64,000 bases of DNA. It comes from an uncultured Rhodoferax sp. GTDB lineage: Bacteria; Pseudomonadota; Gammaproteobacteria; Burkholderiales; Burkholderiaceae_C. The notes under the pieces were generated by a model. It ran no database searches. It was not told the DNA's origin and saw only the letters and a program-made list of their open reading frames with translations. The translations under genes were made by a program, and so were the position numbers. How positions within the stretch are numbered: the stretch's first letter is position 1; each line of letters begins with the position of its first letter. The stretch spans positions 1,343-65,342 of the forward strand of contig CAYXWW010000001.1 of the NCBI GenBank assembly GCA_964468905.1, given 5' to 3'. Of this stretch, positions 1 through 9,300 are shown piece by piece.

Positions 1-719
1 CCACCCATGCTGTGCGCCAGTACGGCGATGCTGTCCACGGGCACCGGCCACTGGGCTACCAATTGGGTGAGCGCCGAAGAAAGCGCCGCACCGTTGTCTG
101 AGGTGTGCAGGCCGGTGTTGTAGCGCACAAAAATGGGTGTGTAGCCGTGGGCGGCTGCCAAGGCGTGGGCGTGGCTGGTGGGGTGGCCATCGGCACCGGG
201 GTGCATCCACTGCAGATCGTTCATGCACAAGCCATGCAGCACGACGAGTAGCTTGGCATTGCGGGGTGCGGCGTTTGTCCCATTCAGCACATGCCCGTCC
301 AGACGCAGGGACATGGGGGTGGCCAGCGGGTTGCCACTCGCTGCCAGGTGGTCGCCCAGTACGCCATTGAGTGCGGCCAGCACTGCAGCGCGCTGGCGGG
401 ATTCCGCTGGCTGTGCCTCGGCAGACGTGAGTAATGGCATCAAGCCATTGAGGATGGTGTCTGCAGTAGCGCCCACAAGCGTGGTGACGCCGCGCACGGC
501 GCGGTAGACCATGCCAGTCAACCCCCGGGTTGTGGCCTCACCGTTGTGGGGTGGGCCACCTGGCACGCCTATGCTGCCCCATACCGACTGGTGTACGCCT
601 TCGACCATGCGCGTAACCCCCAGCGTGGCCTGCGTGGCAAGTTGGGCCGCGCCCCGTACATCGGTGGCCAGGGTTGTGAGGGCCGATCCTGAACCGCTCG
701 GGGGAACCTTGGTGGCCAT
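1..719 (-). CDS. Alpha/beta hydrolase (lipase/PGAP1-like), runs off the window edge
   Basis: Not in the ORF track because it is truncated. The minus-strand frame from ATG at 719 (MATKVPPSGSGSALTTLATDVRGAAQLATQATLGVTRMVEGVHQSV...) is in frame with the nucleophile-elbow motif L-A-H-S-M-G-G at positions 1-20. Confidence 0.75.
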   Translation of the reverse strand, partial: MATKVPPSGSGSALTTLATDVRGAAQLATQATLGVTRMVEGVHQSVWGSIGVPGGPPHNGEATTRGLTGMVYRAVRGVTTLVGATADTILNGLMPLLTSAEAQPAESRQRAAVLAALNGVLGDHLAASGNPLATPMSLRLDGHVLNGTNAAPRNAKLLVVLHGLCMNDLQWMHPGADGHPTSHAHALAAAHGYTPIFVRYNTGLHTSDNGAALSSALTQLVAQWPVPVDSIAVLAHSMG

Positions 720-756
720 GCGTGACTTTGAGTGTGTTTGTCGCTAGGGTCGGCGA

Positions 757-1758
757 CTAGAATTTTTCGTGAGGTTGCAGATAACGCCACTGGCCCACGG
801 GTAGGTTGCCCAGCATGACCTTGCCCACCCGCACCCGCTTCAAGCCCACCACCTTCAGCCCCACCAGCTCGCACATGCGGCGGATCTGGCGTTTTTTGCC
901 CTCCACCAGCACAAAGCGCAGTTGCTCGGGGTTTTGCCATTCCACTTTGGCGGGTTTCAGCGCCTGGTCGTCCAGCCGCAGGCCGTGGCGCAGCAGGCGT
1001 AGCTTCTCCGCAGGGAAGACGGACTGCACATCGGTGCTCACCGGGTCGTCATCGTCAATGCGGCTTAGTTGTGTGGGCGGTGCGGGGCGGGTCAAAGTGT
1101 TGACGGTGGCGCGCGCGCCATAGGTTGCTGCGGCGGACGTGGCAGCCGCCGGGTTGGCTACACCGGTGTAGACCACGCGCACCAGGTATTCTTTTTCCAT
1201 GCCGGAGTCTTCGCCAATGAGCTGACGGGCCACGCGGCCGTCCTGCGTCAGGACCAAGAGGCCGGTGGAGTCAATGTCCAGCCGTCCGGCGGGCACCAGG
1301 CTCTTGAGCTGGCTACCGTGGAAGAAGAAACGGGCGTTGTCGTCGGACCACCGGTTTTGCGGTTGTATCAGCGTGATGGCGGGCGCGTGCCCGTCTTCGG
1401 CTTGGCCGCTGACAATGCCAATCGGTTTGTTGAGCAAGATCGTGACCTGGTTGGCCTGGGCGCCTTTGGCTTGCTGGGTGACCTCAATGCGTGCGTCGGG
1501 CAAGACCTGCATGCCCATTTCAGCTACCTTGCCATTGACATTGACCCAGCCCTTGGCGATCCAGTCGTCGGCCTCGCGGCGTGAGGCCAGGCCCAACTCG
1601 GCCATGCGCTTGTTCAGGCGCACGGTGCCGTTTGCGCCGTGGGCGGCAGTGTTGCTTTGCCCGGCAGGAATAGCGGCACGTTGGGTTGGCGTTTTGCCAG
1701 CGGGTGACGCTGCACGGCGAAAGACCGGGTTGGGGGTGGGTGGTTTTGTATCTGACAT
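757..1758 (-). CDS. 23S rRNA pseudouridine synthase (RsuA/RluB/RluF family, S4 domain)
   Basis: S4 motif [18 protein letters not shown], catalytic [21 protein letters not shown]. Confidence 0.93.
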   Translation of the reverse strand: MSDTKPPTPNPVFRRAASPAGKTPTQRAAIPAGQSNTAAHGANGTVRLNKRMAELGLASRREADDWIAKGWVNVNGKVAEMGMQVLPDARIEVTQQAKGAQANQVTILLNKPIGIVSGQAEDGHAPAITLIQPQNRWSDDNARFFFHGSQLKSLVPAGRLDIDSTGLLVLTQDGRVARQLIGEDSGMEKEYLVRVVYTGVANPAAATSAAATYGARATVNTLTRPAPPTQLSRIDDDDPVSTDVQSVFPAEKLRLLRHGLRLDDQALKPAKVEWQNPEQLRFVLVEGKKRQIRRMCELVGLKVVGLKRVRVGKVMLGNLPVGQWRYLQPHEKF

Positions 1759-1760
1759 GT

Positions 1761-1801
1761 GCTATCTCTTTTGTAGCTGCTTACGCACATTTTACGAGGG
1801 C
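1761..1801. repeat. Dispersed intergenic repeat, copy 1 (GCTAY-N9-AGC..-N12-.CGAGGGC)
   Basis: gctat ctcttttgt agctgct tacgcacatttt acgagggc aligns without gaps to 3464-3504 and 47493-47533. Confidence 0.7.
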
Positions 1802-1956
1802 CGGGGCCCAATTAGTGCTAGCATTTGCCTGCAGGGCACAGAACCCCCACAAACGACCCGATGGATGGCGGTGTTTACCCTGCGTTGCGGTTGGGTTTTG
1901 GGGCGCAGTGGCCATAGCCGCTGTACATTTGCGCTTTTGGTTGGAGGCTTACGTAT

Positions 1957-2664
1957 ATGGCGAGAACTTGGCAAGAATCGACCGTGACATACGGTACCGA
2001 AGATATTTTGACGAGCTTGTGCAATTCGGTTACCCGTGTACTTACCGCTGCCACCCAGTGTGATATCCACTACTCCGGCATGGTCCAGCGCATCACCAAG
2101 ACCTGTCTCAAGCCCGATATTGGTTGTTTTGTGCTGTTTGATGGGGGATTTTCAGGCCTAGTGGTGCTGAATTTTTCGGCACAGACAGCCATGGAACTGT
2201 ACGAGAGCTACATGCTCAACATGGGCATGCCCAAGAGCGAATTGGCCAGTGCGCACACTTCGGACGAAGTGGCCAATATTCTGGGCGAACTGATGAACCA
2301 GATCGTGGGTGACTTCACTGGCAAGGTGCGCCGCGAACTGCAAACCAACATCACCCAGAACCAGCCCAAAATGCTGGTGCTCAACAAACAGGTGGTGCTG
2401 AGCGTGGACACCCAACTCGACCAGCCCGAGTCGCGCCGCGTAACCTTCTATACCGGCCGCAACAACATCTTCTACCTGGAATTTGCGATTGATCGCACCG
2501 AGTTCATCAAGCTGCACGATTTTGAGGTTTCGGAATCCCTCACGCCCGACGAGGTGATCGCGCAAGCCCAAGCGGGCGGGGCGACCAGCCAGCAGACCCA
2601 GCAGGCACAAGACGCCGCCGACACCACCGATCAAGAAGCTTTGCTGCGGTCGCTGGGCATGTAG
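1957..2664 (+). CDS. DUF3334-like / CheC-CheX-fold chemotaxis phosphatase-like protein
   Basis: LKPDIGCFVLFDGGFSGLVVLNF; CheC/CheX-type E-x-x-N (GELMNQIVG); CheZ-like tail QEALLRSLGM. Confidence 0.75.
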   Translation: MARTWQESTVTYGTEDILTSLCNSVTRVLTAATQCDIHYSGMVQRITKTCLKPDIGCFVLFDGGFSGLVVLNFSAQTAMELYESYMLNMGMPKSELASAHTSDEVANILGELMNQIVGDFTGKVRRELQTNITQNQPKMLVLNKQVVLSVDTQLDQPESRRVTFYTGRNNIFYLEFAIDRTEFIKLHDFEVSESLTPDEVIAQAQAGGATSQQTQQAQDAADTTDQEALLRSLGM

Positions 2665-2697
2665 GACCGGCCTACGCCGCCAAGTCAAACGCCAAAC

Positions 2698-3030
2698 TCA
2701 GACGCCCCAGACCACTTCTTTGTCGGCAGCGTGGCTGCGGCGCAGCATGTCCAAGAATGGCGCAGCGCGCTGGCGCAAAGTCACCACGTCTGACCGAGGC
2801 AGTTTTTCTCTTGCAGCCAGCGCCGCGCGCATGCGTTCCTGCTGAGCCTCTTCGTCTTGCGCTACAGCCCGTTCCAGTGCTGTGATGGCGGTGGGCATGT
2901 CCTGCGGTAGAAGAATGCCTTTGGCCAACGCCGCAGCGTCAGACTTGCCGATGAGCTCCAGTATCTGTCGCCCATTGGGCTCCAGCATGATGAGGTCCGC
3001 CGTGGCTTGGGATTTGAATTTGTACAGCAT
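2698..3030 (-). CDS. DUF1840 family protein
   Basis: MLYKFKSQATADLIML ... VTLRQRAAPFLDMLRRS ... VVWGV, typical of this betaproteobacterial family; start placed at MLYKFKS. Confidence 0.85.
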   Translation of the reverse strand: MLYKFKSQATADLIMLEPNGRQILELIGKSDAAALAKGILLPQDMPTAITALERAVAQDEEAQQERMRAALAAREKLPRSDVVTLRQRAAPFLDMLRRSHAADKEVVWGV

Positions 3031-3124
3031 GTCATCGGTTGGCCTTGCGGCCGTCGGGTTGGTTCTATGATGTGCAGGAGTATGAACCATCGCCGCGCTG
3101 CGGTGTGACTAGAGGAGTACAAGC

Positions 3125-3451
3125 ATGGTAGACCTTCACATTCGACGCGAACACGCCCTGAGCCTAGCCGCGGCGCGGAAACTTGCAATGACCTGGGCAC
3201 AGCATGTGGAAGCCGAGTTCGGCATGGAGTGCACCTACGAAAAAGGCACGGCGGAGGACCGCGTGGCATTTAAACGATCCGGGGTGACCGGCGTTTTGCA
3301 TGTGACGGCCGACCACTTTGATCTGGACGCCAAACTCGGATTTTTGCTGGGTGCCTTCAAAGGACGTATAGAGGCTGAAATTGTCAAAAACCTGGATGAT
3401 CTGTTGGCACCCAAGGCAGCGCCTAAAAAGCCCGCAGCGAAAAAACAATAG
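3125..3451 (+). CDS. Polyhydroxyalkanoic acid system (PHA granule region) protein
   Basis: IRREHALSL...FKRSGVTGVL...LDAKLGFLLGAFKGRIEAEI; Lys/Ala/Pro tail; GAGGAG RBS upstream. Confidence 0.85.
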   Translation: MVDLHIRREHALSLAAARKLAMTWAQHVEAEFGMECTYEKGTAEDRVAFKRSGVTGVLHVTADHFDLDAKLGFLLGAFKGRIEAEIVKNLDDLLAPKAAPKKPAAKKQ

Positions 3452-3470
3452 CGCCACACGGGCGCTATTG
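3446..3470. terminator. Hairpin between convergent genes
   Basis: CAATAGCGCC-acacg-GGCGCTATTG, a perfect 10-bp stem. Confidence 0.6.
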
Positions 3471-3504
3471 TTCTGAGAGCTGCTCGCGTAGTATCTACGA
3501 GGGC
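3464..3504. repeat. Dispersed intergenic repeat, copy 2
   Basis: gctat tgttctgag agctgct cgcgtagtatct acgagggc; same spacing as copy 1. Confidence 0.7.
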
Positions 3505-3515
3505 TGTGCTGGTAT

Positions 3516-3770
3516 TTAGCTCAAAGATTCGATCAGATCGACATACTGCTGCATGGCGTCATTGCTAGCCACGCCCTTGAGGTTGTTCCAGGCATCCCAT
3601 TTGGCGCGACCGACCATGTCAACGAAGCCGGGCTTCTTTTCGGTGTTGTCGCCCACGCTGGCTTGTTTGTACAGCGCATAAATCTTGAGCAGTGTTGCGT
3701 TGTCGGGGCGCTCGGTGAGGTTCTTTGAATCGGCGACTGCAGCGTCGAATTTCTTTTTCAGATCGGCCAT
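3516..3770 (-). CDS. Acyl-CoA-binding protein (ACBP)
   Basis: LLKIYALYKQASVGD...KPGFVDMVGRAKWDAW, the ACBP signature. Confidence 0.95.
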   Translation of the reverse strand: MADLKKKFDAAVADSKNLTERPDNATLLKIYALYKQASVGDNTEKKPGFVDMVGRAKWDAWNNLKGVASNDAMQQYVDLIESLS

Positions 3771-3897
3771 GGGCTACTCCAGATGGTTGTTTGCAAAGGA
3801 TGGTCCTTAATCTTGCCGTATTCTTGCGTGGGGGCTGGACTATCGCAATAGTACAGTAGCTGCAAGTCAGTGCAGATTGCCTGTGCCTCCTGCCTCG

Positions 3898-4671
3898 CTA
3901 GTTTGCCATTTCCTTTTGTGCCCGGGTTGCATCGAGTTTCTGTGTTGCGTCCAGCGCCGCCATGGCAGCCGCCTGCTGGTAGTACAGGGTGGCTTCGGGC
4001 ATGCGCTTGTCACCTTCCAAAGCCACCAGTGCGTTGGCATATTCGATCTTGGCGATGGCAGAGCGCGGATTCAGGTTCATCGCCTGTTCAAACAGATTCA
4101 GACTGATCTCCTTTTTCGCACCGTAGGTCATGTTGGCGATCAGGGGCCCTACTTTGTCAATGACTTGTGCATGGAATGTTGCCAGCGCAATGTGCGCATC
4201 AGCGTGTGCTGGTTGCAAGCGGATGACCGACTCCAAGGCAGACTTGATCTTGCCGCCCACACCTTGTGCCAATGCCTTAGCCACACTGACGCCCTGGCTG
4301 TAGCGGCCCAAAGCATAGGCCTGCCAATAGAACGCATTGGCGTTGCGGGGGGCTGCCGTGCATTGCTTGGCTGCACGGGATGCCACCTCTAGAAACAGGC
4401 TCTGGCGACGCTTGTCGCACGGCTCAAGATAGTGTGCATAGATGCACGTGGCCTTGTTGGCCACTGTTGTTCCGCCTGCACCGGCCTCTAGTCCGGCTTT
4501 GGTAGCTTGTTCGAATTCACCTGAGTGAAAAAGGGCCCAGGCAGCCAGCACGTGCGGGCAGTCGGGCAGTGGCTCCCGGTCACCAGCATGCAGCTGGTCC
4601 CAATGCGCTTGGACGCCAGCGGGGTCGTAGTGGAACTCACTACGGTGTGGGAAAACAGTCCAGGGCGCCAT
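3898..4671 (-). CDS. Conserved TPR-like helical hypothetical protein
   Basis: Helical repeats (AFYWQAYALGRYSQG; HADAHIALATFHA); no catalytic motif recognised. Confidence 0.7.
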   Translation of the reverse strand: MAPWTVFPHRSEFHYDPAGVQAHWDQLHAGDREPLPDCPHVLAAWALFHSGEFEQATKAGLEAGAGGTTVANKATCIYAHYLEPCDKRRQSLFLEVASRAAKQCTAAPRNANAFYWQAYALGRYSQGVSVAKALAQGVGGKIKSALESVIRLQPAHADAHIALATFHAQVIDKVGPLIANMTYGAKKEISLNLFEQAMNLNPRSAIAKIEYANALVALEGDKRMPEATLYYQQAAAMAALDATQKLDATRAQKEMAN

Positions 4672-4722
4672 GTTGTGTCTCCTTATTTTTGGCGTTTACC
4701 AGCGCTGGTCGGGCATGAAAGG

Positions 4723-5388
4723 CTATGGCGGGTGTGGAGCAGTGTAGGCACCCACCAGATGGAGCAGGTGGGCCCTTTGCTCTGCTTCCAGGTAGGGTGC
4801 CAAGAGATTGAGCACATGGTGCGCGCCGCGCAGTAGGGCTGCCTGTGCGCTGGATGGCTCCAAGGCATTGCGCGGATCTTTGACGTATTCGAAACTGAGC
4901 CAATACGTCAATACCACCACCATGCTGGTGGCAGTAGGGTCCATTTCGCGCGAGTCGATGTGGATGGCCCGAGACCGGTTCATGGCATCGAGCATGAGTT
5001 TTACGGAGCGCGTTTTGTTCTTCAGGACGCTTTGGAAATGCGTCTCCAGCCGGCGATTTTTGCTCAGCAAATCGTTCAGGTCGCGGTAGAGAAAACGGTA
5101 CTGCCAGATCAGCTCGAACAGTGTATGCATGAAAAACCATGCATCTTCAACGTCGCGCACATTGTCACTGGCGTTGAGCACTTCGTTGAGTGCCTTTTCA
5201 TAGCGGTCAAAGAGTGAGTTGATGAGCTCATCCTTGGCTGGATAGTGGTAGTACAAATTGCCAGGGCTGATGCCGAGTTCGGCCGAGATCAGCGTCGTGG
5301 AGACATTGGGTTCGCCAAAGCGATTGAACAGCTCCAGCGTTGTCTCCAAAATGCGTTCCGCTGTGCGGCGCGGGGCTTTTTTAACCAT
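4723..5388 (-). CDS. TetR/AcrR family regulator (PhaD-like)
   Basis: RILETTLELFNRFGEPNVSTTLISAELGISPGNLYYHY HTH; sits next to a phasin gene. Confidence 0.9.
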   Translation of the reverse strand: MVKKAPRRTAERILETTLELFNRFGEPNVSTTLISAELGISPGNLYYHYPAKDELINSLFDRYEKALNEVLNASDNVRDVEDAWFFMHTLFELIWQYRFLYRDLNDLLSKNRRLETHFQSVLKNKTRSVKLMLDAMNRSRAIHIDSREMDPTATSMVVVLTYWLSFEYVKDPRNALEPSSAQAALLRGAHHVLNLLAPYLEAEQRAHLLHLVGAYTAPHPP

Positions 5389-5509
5389 GGTTTGCCCCCA
5401 GTGGTGTAAACCGGTGCAGGGCTGCTGAAATGGCATTCATAGTTGCAAAGTGTAGAGCGCTATGCTGTATTTGTTGTCTGCAATGCAATAGGTATAAGCC
5501 TTGGAAACG

Positions 5510-5538
5510 AAAAGGGGGCGCACATGCGCCCCCTTTTT
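5510..5538. terminator. Rho-independent terminator downstream of the phasin gene
   Basis: AAAAGGGGGCGCA-ca-TGCGCCCCCTTTTT stem with A/T tracts on both sides. Confidence 0.8.
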
Positions 5539-5560
5539 GAATCGGTGACCAGGCCTTCAA

Positions 5561-6055
5561 TCAAGTGCGTGTGGTGGCCCGCTTCGCGACGGTCTTCGGG
5601 GTGGACTTGGGTGCCACGGGAGTGGGCTTTTTCGCAGGCGCTTTTGTTGAGAGCTTCTGGATGGTCTGGTTGAGCGCGTCGATACGTTCGTTCAATGCCT
5701 GGATGTCTTTGGAGGATGGAACGCCAAGCTTGCCCAGCGCCTTGGCTACACGTTCTTCAAAAATGTTTTCTAGCTTGTCCCACTGGCCGGTAGCCTTGGA
5801 AGTGATGTCCGTTGCCATGGAGGACATCTTGCTGGTGGCTTCGGAAATCCGGTCTTCGGCCAGTGCCTGGGTTTTGCGCTGTATGGCAACGCCTTCTTTC
5901 ACAAGGGCTTCAAAGGCCTTGGAGCCTTCGGCCTGTGCGCGGGTAAAAGCGCCTAAACCAGCCTGCCAGATTTGCTGAGCAGATTCTTTGACCGATTCAG
6001 CCATGTGGGCTTGAGAGGCTTTTGTTTCGGTGGGCTTTTGCATTTTTTTGACCAT
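5561..6055 (-). CDS. Phasin family protein (PhaF/PhaI-like)
   Basis: SAQQIWQAGLGAF..AQAEGSKAFEALVKEG, WDKLENIFEERVAKAL.KLGVPS; Lys/Pro/Ala tail. Confidence 0.9.
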   Translation of the reverse strand: MVKKMQKPTETKASQAHMAESVKESAQQIWQAGLGAFTRAQAEGSKAFEALVKEGVAIQRKTQALAEDRISEATSKMSSMATDITSKATGQWDKLENIFEERVAKALGKLGVPSSKDIQALNERIDALNQTIQKLSTKAPAKKPTPVAPKSTPKTVAKRATTRT

Positions 6056-6204
6056 GGGGTACTCCAAAGTAGACGATGAGTGGCGCGCCACAGCAGGCTG
6101 CATTGCGGCGCATGCACGGAACTTTACTGATTCATACGCCTCGGGTGTAGGTGGAGCCTACTAACCCGAAAGCTGAAGTGCCATGGGCCGTTAAACTAGC
6201 GCTT

Positions 6205-7011
6205 GTGACATTCCTTCAAAGCTCCTACATCCCCCTGCGCACCCGTTCGCTGTTGTGGCAATTTGCCCGACGCGATGTTTTGGGTCGCTACCGCGGTTCT
6301 CTCTTGGGTTTGGCCTGGTCATTTTTGACTCCCCTACTCATGTTGGGGGTCTATTCTTTCGTCTTTGTGGGGGTTTTTCGTGCCAGTTGGCCCGGATCTC
6401 CCAAGGGCGGGGGCCTTGAATTTGCGCTGCAAGTATTTGCCGGCTTACTCGTTTTCAATTTGTTTGCCGAGGTGGCAAGCAAAGCCCCAAATCTGGTGGT
6501 GGAGCAACCCAATCTGGTCAAGAAAGTCATATTTCCCATTGAGCTGCTGAGCTGGGTCACTGTCGTTTCGGGCCTTTTCCATTTGCTGATTAGCGCGAGC
6601 ACCTTGCTCGTAGTCCTCCTGCTTGTGCGTGGCGCCATTCCCGTAACAGCCTGGGCGTTGCCGTTTGTCCTGCTGCCCTTTGTGCCCTTGCTGTTGGGGT
6701 TGGGCTGGTTCTTTTCCGCGATTGGCGTCTTTGTGCGCGACATTGGACCCATCATGGCCATGGTGGTGAGCTTCATCATGTTCTTGTCACCGATCTTTTA
6801 TACCGTGTTGTCGCTGGACCCCGAATGGCAGTTTTGGATGAATTTGAATCCATTGACCTTGATTGTTGAGCAGGTGCGTGCAGTGTTGCTGCAAGGGCAG
6901 TGGCCAGCGTGGGGTGCGTTGGGGCTCTATGCGCTGTTGGCCTGTATTTTTGCAGCGCTGGGGGCAACGTTCTTTCAGTTAACCCGCAAAGGGTTTGCCG
7001 ATGTCCTCTAA
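6205..7011 (+). CDS. wzm: ABC-2 glycan exporter permease Wzm
   Basis: RDVLGRYRGSLLGLAWSFL, NLVKKVIFP, MFLSPIFY, NLNPL. Start uncertain (GTG 6205 or 6151). Confidence 0.92.
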   Translation: MTFLQSSYIPLRTRSLLWQFARRDVLGRYRGSLLGLAWSFLTPLLMLGVYSFVFVGVFRASWPGSPKGGGLEFALQVFAGLLVFNLFAEVASKAPNLVVEQPNLVKKVIFPIELLSWVTVVSGLFHLLISASTLLVVLLLVRGAIPVTAWALPFVLLPFVPLLLGLGWFFSAIGVFVRDIGPIMAMVVSFIMFLSPIFYTVLSLDPEWQFWMNLNPLTLIVEQVRAVLLQGQWPAWGALGLYALLACIFAALGATFFQLTRKGFADVL

Positions 7012-8257
7012 TTTCGCCATTCAAGCCCAACACTTGGGCAAAGCCTTTCAGCTCTACGAGCGCCCTATCGACCGGTTAAAGCAAATGCTGATGCGTGGCC
7101 GCAAGCGCTACTACAAAGAATTCGCAGCATTGCATGACGTGAGTTTCGAACTGCAAAAAGGCGAGGTCCTGGGGTTGGTGGGGCGCAACGGTGCGGGCAA
7201 GTCTACGCTGCTGCAGTTAATCTGCGGGACGCTGAATCCATCAGGCGGCAGCGTTGCAGTGCATGGTCGTGTGGCAGCACTGTTGGAGTTGGGCGCCGGA
7301 TTTAATCTGGAATTTACCGGCAAAGAGAACATTTACCTCAATGCGTCTATTCTCGGCCTCAGTACTGCAGAAATAGACGCCCGCTATGATGAAATCGTCG
7401 AGTTTTCGGGCATTGCAGATTTCATTCACCAGCCGGTCAAGACGTATTCCAGCGGCATGTATGTGCGGTTGGCGTTTTCCATCGCCACAAGCGTGGACCC
7501 TGACATTTTGATTATTGACGAAGCCCTTTCAGTGGGCGATGGTGCATTTGCACGCAAGTCCTTTGACCGCATCATGCGATTGAAAGAAAAGGGTGCGACC
7601 ATTTTGTTCTGCTCACATTCCATCTACCAGATTGAAGCCCTCTGTACCCGTGCACTGTGGTTGGACAAAGGCGTTGTTCGGTTGATTGGAGATCCTGCCA
7701 CCGTGGTCGCAGGCTATCAGGCATTTCTGGATCGCGATTCGGCTCCCGCGGCGGTAGGGCAGTCCACATTTGTATCGTCGCCAACGGGGCATGCTCATAT
7801 TTTGAGTGTGGTGACCAAAGTCGACGAGAGTGCTGGCAATGTCCTGTACGTGCAAAGCGCCAAGCAGACATTTACTTTGAGCGTTGGCTTTGCGTCAGAC
7901 CCGCAATTGCCATCACCGGTCGTAGCCATGACTGTGCATTCGCCTGACGGGCGGACCATCACCAGCAGCAGCACGCAAGTCGATGGCATGGTGCTTGACC
8001 GCGATGGAGCAGGGCGTGGCACGGCAACCATTGCGTTTCCAAAAATTCCGCTACTCAAAGGCGAATATTCCATTGCCGTGTATTTGTTGAGCGAAAACGG
8101 AATTCATGTATATGACACGGCGGCCAATGTTGCAACCTTGCACTTCAGCCAGGAAAACCTGGAGCAAGGCGTGGTCTCCTTACCCCATGCCTGGACCAGT
8201 GCACCGCATGCTGAATCATTGGCTGACCGACTGAGTAACGCGGCTGCACCTGCTTAA
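7001..8257 (+). CDS. wzt: ABC glycan exporter ATPase Wzt with C-terminal carbohydrate-binding domain
   Basis: Walker A GRNGAGKST, signature YSSGMYVRLAF, Walker B IIDEALSVGD; ~160-aa beta-rich C-terminal extension. Confidence 0.93.
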   Translation: MSSNFAIQAQHLGKAFQLYERPIDRLKQMLMRGRKRYYKEFAALHDVSFELQKGEVLGLVGRNGAGKSTLLQLICGTLNPSGGSVAVHGRVAALLELGAGFNLEFTGKENIYLNASILGLSTAEIDARYDEIVEFSGIADFIHQPVKTYSSGMYVRLAFSIATSVDPDILIIDEALSVGDGAFARKSFDRIMRLKEKGATILFCSHSIYQIEALCTRALWLDKGVVRLIGDPATVVAGYQAFLDRDSAPAAVGQSTFVSSPTGHAHILSVVTKVDESAGNVLYVQSAKQTFTLSVGFASDPQLPSPVVAMTVHSPDGRTITSSSTQVDGMVLDRDGAGRGTATIAFPKIPLLKGEYSIAVYLLSENGIHVYDTAANVATLHFSQENLEQGVVSLPHAWTSAPHAESLADRLSNAAAPA

Positions 8258-8278
8258 CAATGGTGGCCCTATGCGGCA

Positions 8279-9271
8279 TCAGCGATTCAGTGGATTCCAA
8301 CTGAGCTGTTGCAGGATGCTCCAGATGCTACCCTTGCGGCTGGACTGAATCGCCATACGCTTTCTCCAGAAAAGCGGAATCCCTTGAATAGCATCCCGTT
8401 TTGCCTTGAGGATTAGTGTTTTTTTGCCTTTGAGTGTGAACCACAACACTGCTACCAAATTCAGCGCAATATGCGCAGGGAGAAATACCCAAAACAAAAA
8501 TCCGGGCATGTTCTTAACGTAGGCCCAAACCAGATTGCGGTGCCCGTGGTAAATCTGCGCATCACTGTGTTTGCCAACGAAAGCTGACCCCAGGTGTTGG
8601 ATTAGCGCAGTCGGAACATACAAAGACCGGTATCCTGCCAAACGCAGCCTAAAGCCCACATCGATGTCTTCTACATAGAGGAAAAAATCCTCATCGAATA
8701 GTCGTATGGCTTGCAGCGCTTCTACTTTGTACAGCGCAGCTGCCGCGCAAGGCGCAAATATTTCGCGCTCCACATCGTATTGGGCACTGTTTGCGCGGCC
8801 GTGCGCTTGCCGCCAGGGCAATCCACTAACGTGATAGGCGTCACCGATGCCGTCGAGCATACTTTGGTCCGTGTCACTGAACATTCGGGAGCCAAATGAG
8901 GCATAGTGCGGGCTTCGTTCAGCGGCCTGTACGAGGTTCTGCAGCCAGTCTTTGTGTGGGAACGCATCGGGGTTGAGCAGTGCAACCCATGTGCCCAATG
9001 GACAAGTCCTCAGCGCATGGTTTACGCCACCGGCGAACCCCAGGTTCTTGTTCAGGTGCAAGACGGTTACGAGGGGGAAGTCTGCGTGTATGGCTGCCAC
9101 GGAGTCGTCGGAGCTGTTGTTGTCGACGACGACCGTAGAAAAGTCAGCGAAGCTTTGCTGTGCAAGCGCGGCAAGGCATTGACAAATCATGCCACCACCA
9201 TTGAAGTTGACAATCACAACCGTCACCAAAGGGGCTGGGCGGGCAACTGCTACGTCAAACGTTGTGGGCAT
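8279..9271 (-). CDS. GT2 glycosyltransferase (WbbL/rhamnosyltransferase-like)
   Basis: VIVNFN, VDNNSSD, NLGFAGGVN, LNPDA, FDEDFFLYVEDID. Confidence 0.9.
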   Translation of the reverse strand: MPTTFDVAVARPAPLVTVVIVNFNGGGMICQCLAALAQQSFADFSTVVVDNNSSDDSVAAIHADFPLVTVLHLNKNLGFAGGVNHALRTCPLGTWVALLNPDAFPHKDWLQNLVQAAERSPHYASFGSRMFSDTDQSMLDGIGDAYHVSGLPWRQAHGRANSAQYDVEREIFAPCAAAALYKVEALQAIRLFDEDFFLYVEDIDVGFRLRLAGYRSLYVPTALIQHLGSAFVGKHSDAQIYHGHRNLVWAYVKNMPGFLFWVFLPAHIALNLVAVLWFTLKGKKTLILKAKRDAIQGIPLFWRKRMAIQSSRKGSIWSILQQLSWNPLNR

Positions 9272-9300
9272 AGGGATATGACGCGCCGTCGCGTGGCAGT

